DNA of 58,470 nucleotides, counting the filler, from Sphacelaria rigidula (taxonomy: Eukaryota), in assembly GCA_964200075.2 (NCBI GenBank). It is 4 parts of 4 records of this genome, joined end to end, with 100 filler letters (N's around TTAATTAATTAA, not from the genome) between each part and the next. Parts side by side here need not be neighbours in the genome. Positions count along the whole stretch, not along the records: positions 29,287 to 43,829 come from CAXNAA020002190.1; positions 43,930 to 58,470 come from CAXNAA020002191.1; 2 more parts are not named here. The stretch is one strand, 5' to 3'. Under the pieces are notes generated by a model. That model was not told the origin of the DNA. It worked only from the letters and a program-made list of their open reading frames with translations, and did not search any database. The stretch's first letter is position 1. Each line of letters begins with the position of its first letter. This document shows, one piece after another, positions 38,444-51,298 of this stretch. The translations under genes were made by a program, and so were the position numbers.

Positions 38444-38799
38444 TTTCTTTCTCTTTCTTTTTTGTTTTAGTTCTCCACCTTCCTTCAGCGGTGCTTACCT
38501 TTGTTTTTTATCGCGAGAGGGATTCAGCAGTCCCTCTCCCTTGTCGACCATTAAGTCAACTCTAGTGTACCCACGACTAGTTGCTCTCCACTGTTGAGCA
38601 TTGTGTGAGAAAAAACACCGGATCACTCCGAGATTTGAACCCACGACCCAACCGTCATAAGGTTTCGAAGTTACCAACTGAGCCACCGGGGCGACCGGCT
38701 TAGGCCGGGTCTTGAAAAACAAAAATCAACTTAAACGAGTTCGTGCGGCGGAACTACTTCAGTTCGCTTTGCTATGTTTGGGTCCGAGCGAAATTCGAG

Positions 38800-39130
38800 A
38801 AGCGATACTTTTTTACTTATATCCAATAGACAGTACAGTACAGACTGTACAACAGTGGTGGTCTGTACTGTCCAGGTAGTGCGTGTGTTCTGCACAGCAT
38901 GCAGACGCGACGTGGAAAAGAAGCGGGCAACGCGACATACAGACAGCACAGCTTTCTGACTCTTTGCATACAGGAGGATGCGAAGCAGATCTGAACCACG
39001 TGCAGTTGTGCACCGCCCCTACTGTCCATGAGCGCCATGGCAATTCGATCGCCCACCCTAACACGCAACTCCGTCGGTGGACCCTGCCACAAAATGATAT
39101 GCTCAAGTTTTCGCCGACAAAAAAGGGACA
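38800..39130. repeat. Interspersed repeat shared in inverted orientation with 53010-53330
   Basis: ACTGTCCATGAGCG...ACGCAACTCCGTCG...TTTCGCC matches the reverse complement near 53015-53140. Confidence 0.65.
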
Positions 39131-40419
39131 CGTCATGCCAAAAGAGTGGTGATGTTGGTTTTCAATCACTGCAGTGTATATATCCCTGTGCTTAGTTCGT
39201 GATCTATGCCGCAGGGTAAACTAGGTAGCTGCGAATGAACCATTTGGGTTTTGCGTAGTATTGTGAAAGGATGGTATCTGGGACAGTTGTCTGCCACATA
39301 GGACTTACGTGCCCCTTCGTCCATCCGGCGCTCGTTTCGCTCGAAAAAGCTAAGCTTTTTCTGTTTTTGACCCGGCTCGTCGCGCGCAACTAATTATAAA
39401 ACGGACTTGAAGCCATCTGAGAACATAAATGCCGTCGACGTATCTGATACGGCGTCGTAGCGACCACTTCAATTCGACTGCATGTTTTCGAGTCGATATA
39501 TTTTTTGTAAGACACGGCCTTAGTAGGACCAAAAAACGTGGAAAATCGAAGTTGAGAAGAAAAAGTGAAGATAATAATTGCAGTCATACGTTGTTACTCG
39601 ATATGTTTTTTTTGCAGTTTTCAGACAAAACCAACAGAACATGGATACCGGTGTGCATTGGGTACACCGTAAGAAAGCTGGTAACTGTGGTTTTCAAACG
39701 GTGGTGATTTTTCCCTCAGGCGTATCGTACAGCGTGAAAGAGGTCAGGATGATAGTGATAACGCTGTTTTTTTGTATGAAGAGAGGAACGCCAACCCCAC
39801 ATCCCTGAAAAACATGCAAACGGCACATCGACAAAAACCTTGGAATATGACCAAGAAAGCTCAAGAAATCGTTTTTTAAAATTTGAAAATGCGCCCCGAG
39901 ATTCCCAGCTGAAGTGGAGGGCTTCAGATCACAGTGTACTCCACAGCGATGCCCCGCAAAATAGGTGTAAAGAAGCAGCGCCTCTTGGAACTGCGTCAAA
40001 GGTGGCGATAAGAGACAAGCCACTCGTGTACACCAAGAAGGAGAGAGAAGGGAGTGAAGAAACCGTTGCTAGGCGAGAGGCAGCCGTTGCCAGGCGAAGG
40101 CAGCCATTGCTACTGCGTACTTGATCATACTCCGTGTGCTGTATTGCACTGCGCAGCTTGTACTGTATGTTCACTGCGGGTACTGTACTGCGCTGCTTGT
40201 GCTGAATACCCTGTTATACCGCGCGTACTGTAATGTACTGCACTGCGCTGCTTGTACTGTGTGTACAGTTCCGTGTTGGGCCGCACGGTCTTTGCCGTGT
40301 ACTCTCCTGGTTGTACTGCTCGGTGTACTCTGTTATGCTCCGTGTACTGTACTATTATTACTGTGTTGCACGGTCCTGGTATCTATAGGGGGCTTTCTAT
40401 ATTATACTCGTAGAACGAA

Positions 40420-41110
40420 ATAATTTCGATGTCACCACGCTGTCGTTCGCTGAATTTGCGGTCAGCACGCCGGAGATACGGCATGTCATATCTCAACCGC
40501 TGTGAACCGCGATTGGCGGGACACCAACAGGCAAATTTATCACGAAATGTCCCTTGCCTTCTTGTGTGTATTTTATTTGTATTTTTTGCTTGCTCGCCGG
40601 CGATCGCGTGGACCTTTCGGTTCATCTGAGCTACGTATTGTTTCTCGGATTCGACGTCAACGCGCCGGGGATACGGCACGTTATATCTCAATCCCTGAGC
40701 CAGGATTACGGGGATACCAACAGGCAAAAAATCACGAAATGCCCCTTGCCTTCTTGTGCGCATGTTGTTTTTTGTTTTTCCCTTGCTGACCGGTGATCGC
40801 GTGGACCTTGCGGTTCATCCCAGCTATCGTTCGTTGAATTTGACGTCAGCATGCCGTATATAAGGCGTGTCCTCTCTCAACTTCTGAACCAGGGTTGAAG
40901 GGACACCAACAGGGAAAATTCACGAGATCTCCCCTCAACTTCTTTGTTTTTTCTTGCTGGCCGGTCATCGTGTGGACCTTGCGGCTCATCCCATCCATCA
41001 TTCCTCGAATTCGACGCCAACATGTCGGAGATATGGCGTGGCATACCTCAACTCCTAAACCAGAGTTGGAGAGGCACCAAGAGGATAAACTCGCGAAGAG
41101 TTCCTTGACG

Positions 41111-41166
<56 letters not shown>

Positions 41167-41800
41167 ATATTATTCTTCTGGTTCGTGATTGCGTGGGTGT
41201 TACGGTTCACCTGAGATGCCGTTTCTCGAATTTCAAGGTCAGTCAACACGTCGGAGATCAGGCATGCCATATCTCAACCCCTATGAACCAGTGTTGGACG
41301 GACACACAGAGGAAAATTCATATAATATCCCTTAACTTCTTGTGTACATTTTGTTGTTTTTTTCTTGCTGGCCGGTGACCCAGTGGACCTTGTGTTTCAT
41401 GAGAGCTATCGTTCATCGAATTCGACGTCAACACGCCGGAGATATGGCGTGTCACATCTCAACCCCCGTGAACCAGGGTTGGAGGGGCATCGATAGGAAA
41501 CATTCACGAAAAGTCTCTTCACGTCTTGTGTGCATTTCGTCGTCGTTTTTGCTGGCCGGTGATCGCGTGGACCTTGTGGTGCTACGTATCGTTTGTCGAT
41601 ATCGGCGCCAACACGCTGGAGACATGACATGTCATATCTCAACTCCTGCACCAGGGTCGGAGGGACACCAACAGGAAAAAATCACGAAAAGCCCTTGGAT
41701 TTTTTGTGTACATATTACATATTGTTTTGTTCTTCTTCTTGCTGGCTGGTGATCGCGCGGACCTTGCGGTTTATCCGAGCATGTCGTTTGTCGAATTCGG
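40420..41800. repeat. Tandem array of about 170-220-bp units (7-8 diverged copies), one interrupted by (GT)26 at 41113-41164
   Basis: GCTGGCCGGTGATCGCGTGGACCTTG...GAATTCGACGTCAACACGCCGGAGATATGGC...ATCTCAAC...GGACACCAACAGG recurs; GTGGACC near 40608, 40801, 40972, 41383, 41567. Confidence 0.9.
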
Positions 41801-41949
41801 GCAATAAACGCTCAAGTTACGTCCGTTCATGTAACCGGTGATACTAACGATGTTCCCCCGTAACGACGATATCTTGCTTCCACTTAACTGCTGTTGTACA
41901 ATACCGCAACACGACCATTACAGGATTGACTCACTTGATTCCAAACAGA

Positions 41950-42700
41950 TTTCGTCATCCGTGGCGACCGCTAGCCCGGTACCGACTGCAACACTCTCCA
42001 GTATATCTTTCACCGATGGTATCATGGCATCAGTAGAGTCGTTCGCTTGACGGCTTGCCGCAAGATGGCCCGCAACACCCCCCCGCTTATCCATGATGCA
42101 GTACAAGGCAAGCGTGGTGCCGTGATGCTCACTACACAAGCACTAAGGGGAGCAGGTACTCCAAGCTTCTCGCAATCGTGCTCTATGTCGGGATACGAGA
42201 CTTGTCTCAAATGCGGATCCAAAGCTCCTTAAACCCAGGAATATCCAGTCGATTCAGCTGAGAAGTAGCTACGGGCAATCCTCGTCTCCGCATTCACCTC
42301 CCGCCGCCGGTTGGGGTAAGCTGTAGACAGAACAAAACTCGCCGCAGTCCGAAGTCGCTATTACTGGTCGTGGTTGTTGGTACTTCCCGATCGAAGCTTT
42401 CGATATAACGTCGAGTGTAATTTATACAATATCACCCTTTCCTTGCAACAATCTGTAGCATGTGTGCAGCATACATAGCCAACTTAGTAACGAGCACTGG
42501 ACTATCTAAGTCGAGCAGAGCCTTGAGGGGCTTTCTAATCGTCAAAGCAGATGAAGGCAGACCCGCGGTCATATACCAATGCCAAATGACACTATCATAC
42601 GCGATGGCCTTGAGTCGATTTACAGTAGCAGAAAATGAAAAATGACCGATGTCTACGTTTGAGTGGGTTCGATCAGCTACGGGAAGACAATCATCCACCC
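41950..42700 (-). pseudogene. Possible decayed hAT transposase fragment
   Basis: YAAHMLQIV resembles C-x-AH-x-L-x-L and ALDPHLRQ resembles A-x-x-LDPR-x-K, in the expected order but frame-broken. Confidence 0.3.
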
Positions 42701-43495
42701 TCCCACTAACTTGGAGCGCAAAATCATCCTGTTAGTTGTTCTCAGTTGTTCTTTTCACAACAAGGAGTGTGACAAGGGAGGTGAGCCCCGAAGGGAAAGA
42801 TTCAAAGGTTCATAGTATGGCAAAAACGGAAGCCGTAATCGACAGGTAGACATTTGCGCACGGATACGAGAAAAAAGCAGCCACTGCAGACAGTCCCACT
42901 TACTTCGATATCCCGGACCGCATTCGTTCTGGGGTCGATCGAGGTGGGCAATGTTTACACCTATACTACCGATTTCAAGGCCGCACGTCGACGAATCTTG
43001 TTTGCTGAAGTTCTACGGTCGGCTCGCGACGTGCTAGTTGAGGACAACAGGTATGCTTTTATATGAGCTACGCATCGTGCAGGAACATTCATGCGGCACA
43101 AAGAAGTGCTCCAACAAAACACACGTTGCGCACGAGTATACATGATCCTCGTGAACATTGAGGACTGGCGGGCCGTAGCCCCGCATCTTTCTTTCCCTAT
43201 CGAAACCGCAGAGTAACTGTAGAGGGACGAAGCAGGCGGGTTGGTGCCGGTGTTTGAGTGATGCCGCGATAGCTCCCCCCCCCCCCCCCAACCTATTCTC
43301 AAAATTGTCACGAAGAAAATGGTCACACAACTCACGATACTCGTAGCTGGTTTCATGCTTCATAAAATCCCGAAATCCCTCATATGGACGACATCGATCA
43401 GCGGCGCGCTCGGCTTTTGCTATTTTGGCTTCCGTTCAGATTTTGGCAGAAACACTTACGAGCTGGGCCAGCCTAGAGGCGGATTTGAAGTTTGC

Positions 43496-43770
43496 AGGCC
43501 CATGCTCTTTTATACATTTAGAGTTGGACCCTGAAATTTGGTATGGATAGTGCATAAGGCATAACGAAAAAAAATACTGAAGTACCAGAAGTGTTTTTTT
43601 TTCATGAGTTGGGGGCATTTTACTGATACCTGAAAACCGATTATTGCCCTTAACTCATGGAAAAAAAAACACTTTTAATACTTCAGTATATATATTTTTT
43701 GTTATGCCTTATGCACTGTCCATACCAAATTTCAGGGACCAACTCTAAATGTATAAAATAGCATGGGCCT
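43496..43770. mobile_element. Fold-back MITE, about 120-bp arms and a short spacer
   Basis: AGGCCCATGCT...TTTAGAGTTGG.CCCTGAAATTTGGTATGGA.AGTGCATAAGGCATAAC mirrored to ...AGCATGGGCCT. Confidence 0.88.
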
Positions 43771-43829
43771 ATCAAAAACCGGGTCGGTAGAAATTCGGAA
43801 CAGTATTTTGCAGGCCACTCACCGGCCCA

Positions 43830-43929
43830 NNNNNNNNNNNNNNNNNNNNNNNNNNNNNNNNNNNNNNNNNNNNTTAATTAATTAANNNNNNNNNNNNNNN
43901 NNNNNNNNNNNNNNNNNNNNNNNNNNNNN
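43830..43929. other. Artificial scaffold spacer
   Basis: Same N44-TTAATTAATTAA-N44 structure. Confidence 0.97.
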
Positions 43930-44030
43930 CATGGTGTGAGAAAAGATTCCAGCTCGCTCCGGGAATCGAACCCCCCAACTCAACTATCAGAAGGCTACGA
44001 GGTTACCAACTGAGCCATCGGGGCGACCGG
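43930..44030 (-). mobile_element. tRNA-derived SINE head at contig start
   Basis: Reverse complement CCGGTCGCCCCGATGGCTCAGTTGGTAACCTCG...GGTTCGATTCCC. Confidence 0.85.
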
Positions 44031-44049
44031 GATGACACATCATAAATAG

Positions 44050-44479
44050 CAGGGATTACACATTACACACGTGACACACGTGACACATGAAAAAAAACAG
44101 AAAAAACGTAACTTTGGGCCATTTAACGCTACGTACGGTTTGATTGTTTGGACGGGACAAGTGTAACGTAACGTGATGTAACGTGTGGTCCTTGAAGCAG
44201 TGTCTCTTGGAATTTTCCAGATGTAAACAACGGCTGTTTTTGTGAATTTCTAACGTGTCACGTGTCGCGTTACAAATGCACAAAAACAGGCAGAGTTTTC
44301 GTCACATTTGGAAAGTCAAAGGTTACGTTAGGGTTCATTCGCAGGACCACACGTTACATCACGTTGCGTTACATTTGTCTCATCCAAAAACTCGAACCTT
44401 ACGTAGCGTTAAATGACCCGGAGTTACGTTTTTTCGCATGTGTCAAGTTAAAGCGTCACGTGTAACGTGTAGACCCCTG
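44050..44479. mobile_element. hAT-like MITE, 430 bp, about 140-bp TIRs
   Basis: Ends CAGGGATTACACATTACAC / GTGTAACGTGTAGACCCCTG; arms mirror through GATGTAACGTGTGGTCCT / AGGACCACACGTTACATC. Confidence 0.82.
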
Positions 44480-45489
44480 AATAATTACCGGAGTGCCAAT
44501 GTATCCCCTCTGGCAGTCAAAACTAACTCCTACGGATCTGTACAGCGAACAAAGACCTGTGGTGCGGTCTACAAGTCTGCGTAGACAGGTAGGTCTATGT
44601 GGAAAAGCGAGCATCGCCTCTGAGTGTCACGACATACGCCAACCCAGAAGAGCCCTTGCGACAGTTACATCGAGGTCACTTTGGTGCAATGAGACTGAGC
44701 CAGTTTGGCTCCAAAGATGCAACGAAAATAAACGCTCTTCCTCATATGGACAAACTCATGAAATACAGAAAAAATGAGAGTCTGTCCCTTTCTCACCGGA
44801 GAAACGTTGCTCAATCCGGCGAAACACACGCTACGGGGGAACCAGAGTCCGATCTGTGAGTGATGAATTCGGTATCACAATGGGGGAGCATCACTTCCAC
44901 TCGTGGCAGCGGTAGAAGCAGGAATGACACCGATATATTATCACAGAAGCGAAATCTTTTAAACCGTTGTATCGCGAAATTATCGATCTGAATATCGAAA
45001 TCTTTAAACATTTTTCTAGAGCCGAGTGGTTTTGTACAATATCGCATCCAAGAAATTAGTCGCCTACACGGATCAACAGTCATTTTTGACCCCGATAAAC
45101 CCATAGCCGATAAACCCGTAGCTTTTCACCAGAGTGAAACCAAGTAGACATCCACCACACTGGAATCAATTAACTTTGATGTCGCACTGAACCCGAGGAA
45201 TTAAATCCGATACTAAGTTCGAGTAATCATTTTCCCACAACAAGCTGAACTGGCAGTTTTCGCACAAGACACCCGGTGCAGGATCGTGCCTGCCCTGATA
45301 TACCCAGCCTGTTGTGTTTCGGTTGCTCGTAGTTGCCATTCTTGTCCAGCGGTAGTACTTCATGAAAGCAAGTCACTGAAGCCCCCTTTTGCCCCTCAGA
45401 CGGTCCACGGGGGGAAATCTGCCGTCGGGAACATGATGTTGGCAATCCTTGGCCTGTACTTTCATATACACGGCTTAAGGTCAGAAAAA

Positions 45490-47370
45490 AATGCAATCGG
45501 AGAAGATGACAGAGTCTACGTGTCTGTGGTCAGTACCCAGCTTCCCGACACCGCACTACACATCAAGGCAGAGGAAACAGACGATCAAGTCATCTACCTT
45601 GGTGGTGCAGTCAGCGCAGACGTGGATATTTCCATCGGAATCAAGCACCGCATTAGCGCCGCATAGGTACGCTTCCGAGAGTATAGTTGCCCCCTCCACG
45701 ATCGACCCAACGCAAAACCTCTCCGTAACATTTCCTGCTGCTCACAGTAGAGGTGGTGCAAGCTATGCAATATGGTTGTGCTACACGGACGCTACGCCCA
45801 GAGGACTTCGGAAGCCTACGAACTGCTCACCGCAAGTTTTTAACGCAAGCAGCTGACTTCCGCAGAAAATATCACACTGCACACAACCTTAAAGCTTCGT
45901 CCGTACAGGGCTGTCCTCGAGAAGAGATGGCCAAATATGAGCGTATTGAGACGACGATGCGCAAGCGTCGACTCTTGTGGGTCGGAGTCCTTGTTCGGCA
46001 AGATCACACATGACTCCCAAATCACAACATCTTCGGACGGTTGGCTGCACAGAGGCCAAAGAAGGCTGGCCGACCCCTCAACCTATAGGGGGATCGCCCC
46101 CCAGGAGAACCTGCGTGCGCTAAGGGCGGTCCCACCGAAGGCAGAACATAGGCAATGGTTCGTCCGCGGAATGGAGATCGAAAACTCCCAAGATGGCATC
46201 ACTGCCGCGAATGATATGGGCAAATGACATTTGGGGGTCGAGAAAGGAGCGGAGGAATCCGAGGAGATGTAGCGACACCAAGACCTCCGCCAATTCGATC
46301 TATGCCACAAGCCAGAGGTTGTTGCGTTGGAAGCCGACGATAAGAGAGTCGCCGCCATTGACGAAATAACCGCAGTAACAGCTCGTGAGGAAACCAGGAT
46401 GGAAATGGTCGAGAGAGTGTCCCGCTTTGTATCTGACTAGGCATGAGTGGGAGAATCGGAGTAAGACGAAAGCGTTATACCTTCAGATTTTTCTTTCAGC
46501 CGTTACCTTTGTCCCTCGGCTTGCAACTGTAGCGATGTCGACCGACGGTGTTTCCGAATGAGTTCTGCTCTGTTAGTGGGTCTCCATCTCCTTTACATAT
46601 TTTACATCCTCTCATTTTCCGCATTCTCTGTATCTCCCTCCATCTCTTCTCTGTTTTTTCTTCCTTGTCATCCTTGTTTCGTCTCGTTTTTTTCAACACC
46701 GTAGTACTGTTTGCGGCTCGCCCTTCTGCAGAGCTCGCGGGTGAGAGTTCACGTCCCAATAGTCTGATTCCCCCAAATGAGCTGGTCTCAACCTGCGTCC
46801 ATGGCCTTCTGTCCTTTGTTCTCTAATTGAATCGACTGGTCGAGGACGGCCTCCTCACCTGAAGCCATGCGGCACGGGCCGGCCATCCTTCGTGACTTCT
46901 GGGTTTTTGAGAAGAACCAGTGCTAGAATAATGGCGTCATTCCCTTTCCCCTCCTTCCCTTTCCCTTCCTCTTTATTCTTGTTTTTGTGTTCGTGAGTTT
47001 CTTATGTCTCTTGTTTCTCAGCACACGTTGTTCCTTTGCTCTCCCTATTTTGGTATCCCCCCTTCCCGAGGTTCCGCTAGCGAGCGTGTCCACTTTATTC
47101 ACTATAGGTGCCTCTATCTAGTGACAAAGGCCAAACTCCTACGGGATCAGCTGATGTGCGACAATAAATCAACCGATCAGTCAACACCTTTGTGTTTTTG
47201 TTCTTTTGCTCTCCCTATTTTGGTATCCCTCCTTCCCGAGGTTCCTTTAGCGAGCGTGTCCACTTTATTCACCATAGGTGCCTCTATCTGGTGACCAAGG
47301 CCAAATTCGTACGGGATCAGCTGATGTGCGACAATAAATCACCGATCAGTGAATACCTTTGTGTTTTTTG
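45490..47370 (+). mobile_element. 5'-truncated, frameshifted RTE-like LINE (RT C-terminal region plus 3' UTR with duplicated tail)
   Basis: SEKMTE; IYLGGAVSADVDISIGIKHRISAA; MQYGCATRTL; IETTMRKRRLLWVGVLVR resemble RTE-clade YLG...RI, LLYGCETW and RRLRWxGH motifs in order. Confidence 0.82.
47028..47352 (+). repeat. Tandem duplication (about 170 bp, two copies) of the LINE 3' end
   Basis: TTTGCTCTCCCTATTTTGGTATCCC...TACGGGATCAGCTGATGTGCGACAATAAATCA.CCGATCAGT occurs twice. Confidence 0.92.
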
Positions 47371-47381
47371 CCCTCAAAGCT

Positions 47382-47757
47382 GCCGGTCGCCCCGGTGGCT
47401 CAGTTGGTTACCTCGAAACCTTCTGACGGTTGGGTCGTGGGTCCAAATCTCGGAGCGATTTTAGATTTTTTCTCACACCATGTCCAACAGTGGAGAGCGA
47501 CTATGTCGTTGGTGCACAATATTCGACTCAACGGTCGACAAGGGAAAGGGAATGCTGGACCCCTCTCGCGAAAAAAAATAAAGGCAAGCACCGCAGAAGG
47601 AAGGTAGAGTACTAAAAACAAACAAAAAAGAAAAAAAACCTGTGTGTTGACCTTCCTTCTGTGTGACCCCGGCTGATGTGCCCACATATACCGAAAGGTG
47701 TAGACCGGCGTCCAGGATAGATGGGACGACAACACACACAACACAACACAACACACA
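47382..47757 (+). mobile_element. Full-length tRNA-derived SINE, about 375 bp, (CAACA)n tail
   Basis: A-box TGGCTCAGTTGG, B-box-like GGTCCAAATC, shared body, simple-repeat tail; four copies in the window. Confidence 0.88.
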
Positions 47758-49017
47758 AAAGCTGCAATTTTTGAACAAGATAGCGTATGCAAGCTCATCC
47801 GATGTTGCAGTAATTCTTTTTTCCTGAATAGCTCGTCTGGACTGCCTCTCGAAGCTTTGCAAGTCGAGTGTGGACTATCCCCAGTACCTCACGTATGCGG
47901 CGCTACCCAAACCCCTGGCAATAGGAACGATGTCACCCGCAGAATTGATCCCTTACCCGCTTATATTGGATGTTTAATTGACCCTTTGACTGCGAGCGTC
48001 GCCTCGGAACAGTCTCACCGGCTAACAGTCCAGGGACTTCGAGGGGTGTGGGGAGGGGAGGCTGTTCACAGAACAACCAAAAAAGCTCACTAAGTCAACC
48101 ATGTGTGTTTGAGTTCCCCACGGAAAATCTAAGCCAGGACAAGGCCCGAGGGGATCGGAGTGACCATTTTGAGAGAGTTTCATTGGTTGGAATGATCACC
48201 TCACATGAAGTGAGATATACTACCTCGTAGTGGAGCTGTATTCGACAATTTTGGTCATGGCCATTCAACCATAGGTAGCATAGGCAAAGAACGTGTTTTT
48301 TACTCTGTTCGTAGTCTTCGCCGCCTACATGACCCCTCTTATGTTGCCAGCATAGCTTCGCAGTGCCTACAGAGTTGTTGCGGAAACTAAGCAGAGACAT
48401 CAGGAGCGTGCATAGATTGTGTTCAGTGGAGAGCGATGACACACTAACTGTTTATTGACGTTGAATCCAGCGAAGATGTACAGCATGCACACTGACTCTG
48501 CGCGCAGTTGACTACAGGGTAGCCATTCACGGGTTCTTCGAAGTGTTTTCTACGTGTACTGTACGCCCAACGTCCACATATTCATGAAAAATGGCGTTTT
48601 GTGCAGAGTAAAAAACAGCTGGTCTGGACTCCAAATGTAGCGTAGTTCATCAGAGTCCATATAATGGGGATTCGCAGCCTGAGGCTCAACATAACAACCA
48701 TACCCGGCGTGCCATTTCGCACATGAAATTCCGAGTTTATCCGCTTTTACGCGCCAACCAGCTTGTCGACATTTTTTGTGGAAGTATGTGGCGGTTATAT
48801 AAATGTCTTCTCGTTTTGCGGCTCACGAACGAACGGATGGGTCGGGGAAGATGGGCTGTTCTCTCGTGTCAAGTATATCATAGCATCACCCAGCACCTCT
48901 CTCCCGAGGGAGGCCGAGAGAGCGTTTTCTTGGTGGCAAGCCTCAGCAGCAGTACCTATTATTATTGTCAGCAGGAACGAAGAGACTTGCACCATAGTCG
49001 TAAAAAGTGTCATAGTA

Positions 49018-49402
49018 AACATATTCGTGAGATTGGGAACGGATTATTTTTGCCAGAACGCAAGGTTTTGAGTGATTTACACCAAGAGGGTCCAATCGTG
49101 CGAAACAGTCGTGACCCCCGTGAAAGCCCGTGATTTGACGGGAATTTCGGTGCGAAAAGATTCAAAATCAACGTGCTCAGTGCAAAGCTATGAGGGAAAA
49201 TGTACCCTAGAAGAAAAAATGCACATTTTCAGCCGTATCTCATGGACGGCGTCACCGATTTCAAATTTGATTGCGCCACAATTCCCGTCAGGTCACGGGC
49301 TTTCAGGGGGGTTACGGCCGTTTCGGATGATCCGACTGTCTTGGTGTAAATCACGGAAAACCTCCCGCTCCAAAAAATGTTCCTAATCCTCACGAACATG
49401 TT
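49018..49402. mobile_element. MITE family C, second copy
   Basis: Ends AACATATTCGTGAGATT / AATCCTCACGAACATGTT; collinear with 16798-17199. Confidence 0.82.
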
Positions 49403-49889
49403 AGTGGAGACACTCGTGTTGGCGCATGGCTCGTATGATCAGGCCGCACTACGCTTTTTTTGCAATTTTTTAAAAGGCATAGATGCAGCACGTAACCCCA
49501 ATGGTGTGCGTCATATGCCCACTTGATATGCCTGCAGATTTCCGAGCAGTGTTTGAGGTGCGTTTTCGTAAATGCGCTAGCTTATACAAAACTTGTAACT
49601 TTCGTGGGCAAACGCCAGTAAGGTATATGCTGTACAGAAGTAGGTGCCTGAACTATTTTTTGTTCAGAAGTTTTTTTCTCGCGACTACTCTTCGATAAAA
49701 CTCGAAAGTGCTACTCGTAGCGTCGGGAGATTTTGGTAGAATAAACAGATTGTCTTCCCCCCTGTGCCGAAGTTAGCGTTAGTTGGTCTTCTCGGGCGAT
49801 ACGAGTAGATATCCCGTTTATCAGGAGGGTGTTATTGACCGTGAAATGAGCAGGTGTAATAATTTTTCAAGATGTACATTTCACGGTTA

Positions 49890-50145
49890 GGACAAATAAT
49901 GATTCGTCAGGAAATTACTTGGTTTTAGTATAATAAGTTGACTCGTGATGAATGAATCCCCATGACTCATTTCAGCGTTACAACCCAGGTACACGCAGCC
50001 CAGACACGTGCTATGGCGCAAAAGTTGCGTGGGAAATGGGACACCCCTTGGACCAGCGGTCAACTTTTTCCTCCCTTTCGGGCAATCAGGCAGAAGAAAT
50101 CGTGAATTCGGTGATTTTGAGTCGTGATGATTTGTCCTAACCGTG
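49890..50145 (+). repeat. About 250-bp direct repeat, second copy at 56465-56715
   Basis: GGACAAAT...ATGATTCGTC.GGAAATTACTTGGTTTTA...GTACACGCAGCCCAGACACGTG...GTCCTAACCGTG in both. Confidence 0.85.
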
Positions 50146-51298
50146 GTACATTTCATCAAAAATACGATCGGGACATGCTCGATCGACCGAAAATAACTAA
50201 AAGTCAGAATTTTGGCTCAAACGTGTGAGGACCCCCGATGACCTGTCAGCCCGTCAGTCACGAAGTATCGAGTACAGATATTTTCTTCTTGGAATGTGGA
50301 GCGGATACAAGCCTTTTCAGACTCCCAATGTGATGAGCGGTGGCAAGCGAAAGGGCCTAAGAAAATCTCGAATTACGAAGATATCACTCAATGAACAGTT
50401 CAGGCGCCTACTACTGTTGTATACGGTTTCTAGGCTGGACCTTTTTCTCATACATACAGCAATGCAGAGAACCAGCACAACGTTGTCAGCAAGATAATCA
50501 TGTATTACTTATTTCGTCTTCAGGAGTTACTACCAGAAACACGTGTCTGCTCCGTTCACTTACCACCCTCGCTGGCACTCACTTTTGCTTTTTGACGCGG
50601 TTGATGGATGTGTCCTCGAACTTGGACAACTTGGTGAGAGCATTATGCGACATGGTGTCGCGGTAGCACGGATATTATTGTAGGACTTGAGTATGCGAAT
50701 CGAAATGCAACACGCGAGAGAACAAGTGCCCACTGGACCTGATGGCCGAAATGTTCTTCGCTGATACGTTAGACACCAGGAAACGACTGCAAGCCTCAAT
50801 TGTATATGAGTCAACACTGGCTACGGTACGTTCTTGGATAAGGGTACACGCCCGTGTAGTTACTGAAACAAAGTGCCGGCAGTGATTGGGCTGAGACATT
50901 CGTATCTCTCCGCCTCTTATGTTCTCGAGGGGCGGTTTCATGAACGATGTCATCAGTCAGAAACCCAAGAATTCGGAACAGAATCGACCTGCTCTTGGCA
51001 TTCATCCCCTGTTGCCGCACAACGAAAAGCCGTGGTTTGGTCGCCTTGTACACGACATTTATTTTCAGCCGGGTAATATAGCAAGGTAATTGTAGAAGCT
51101 GGCACAAGAGTTCGCACACCATAGCGGGGAGCTGATTGATGGACTAAGATAGTTCCACCATCCCACACGACATCAAGCAGCGCCGAGTTGGGCCGCACGG
51201 CAACCTTGACTTTGGATTTCAACGACGACGCTCTCTGCGCTCACCGCATCACGTGGACGCGTCGCTCCGAACATCACCGCTGGTGCTGTATACACAGC

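Larger units (their letters stand above)
36397..38699 (-). mobile_element. tRNA-derived SINE split by an insertion (3' part 36397-36504, 5' part 38444-38699)
   Basis: The two parts together reconstitute the intact SINE at 47382-47757. Confidence 0.88.

Noticed and set aside
40121..40423. Cys/Leu-rich hydrophobic ORF
   Set aside because: Translation of low-complexity CTGTA/CTGCA repeats.
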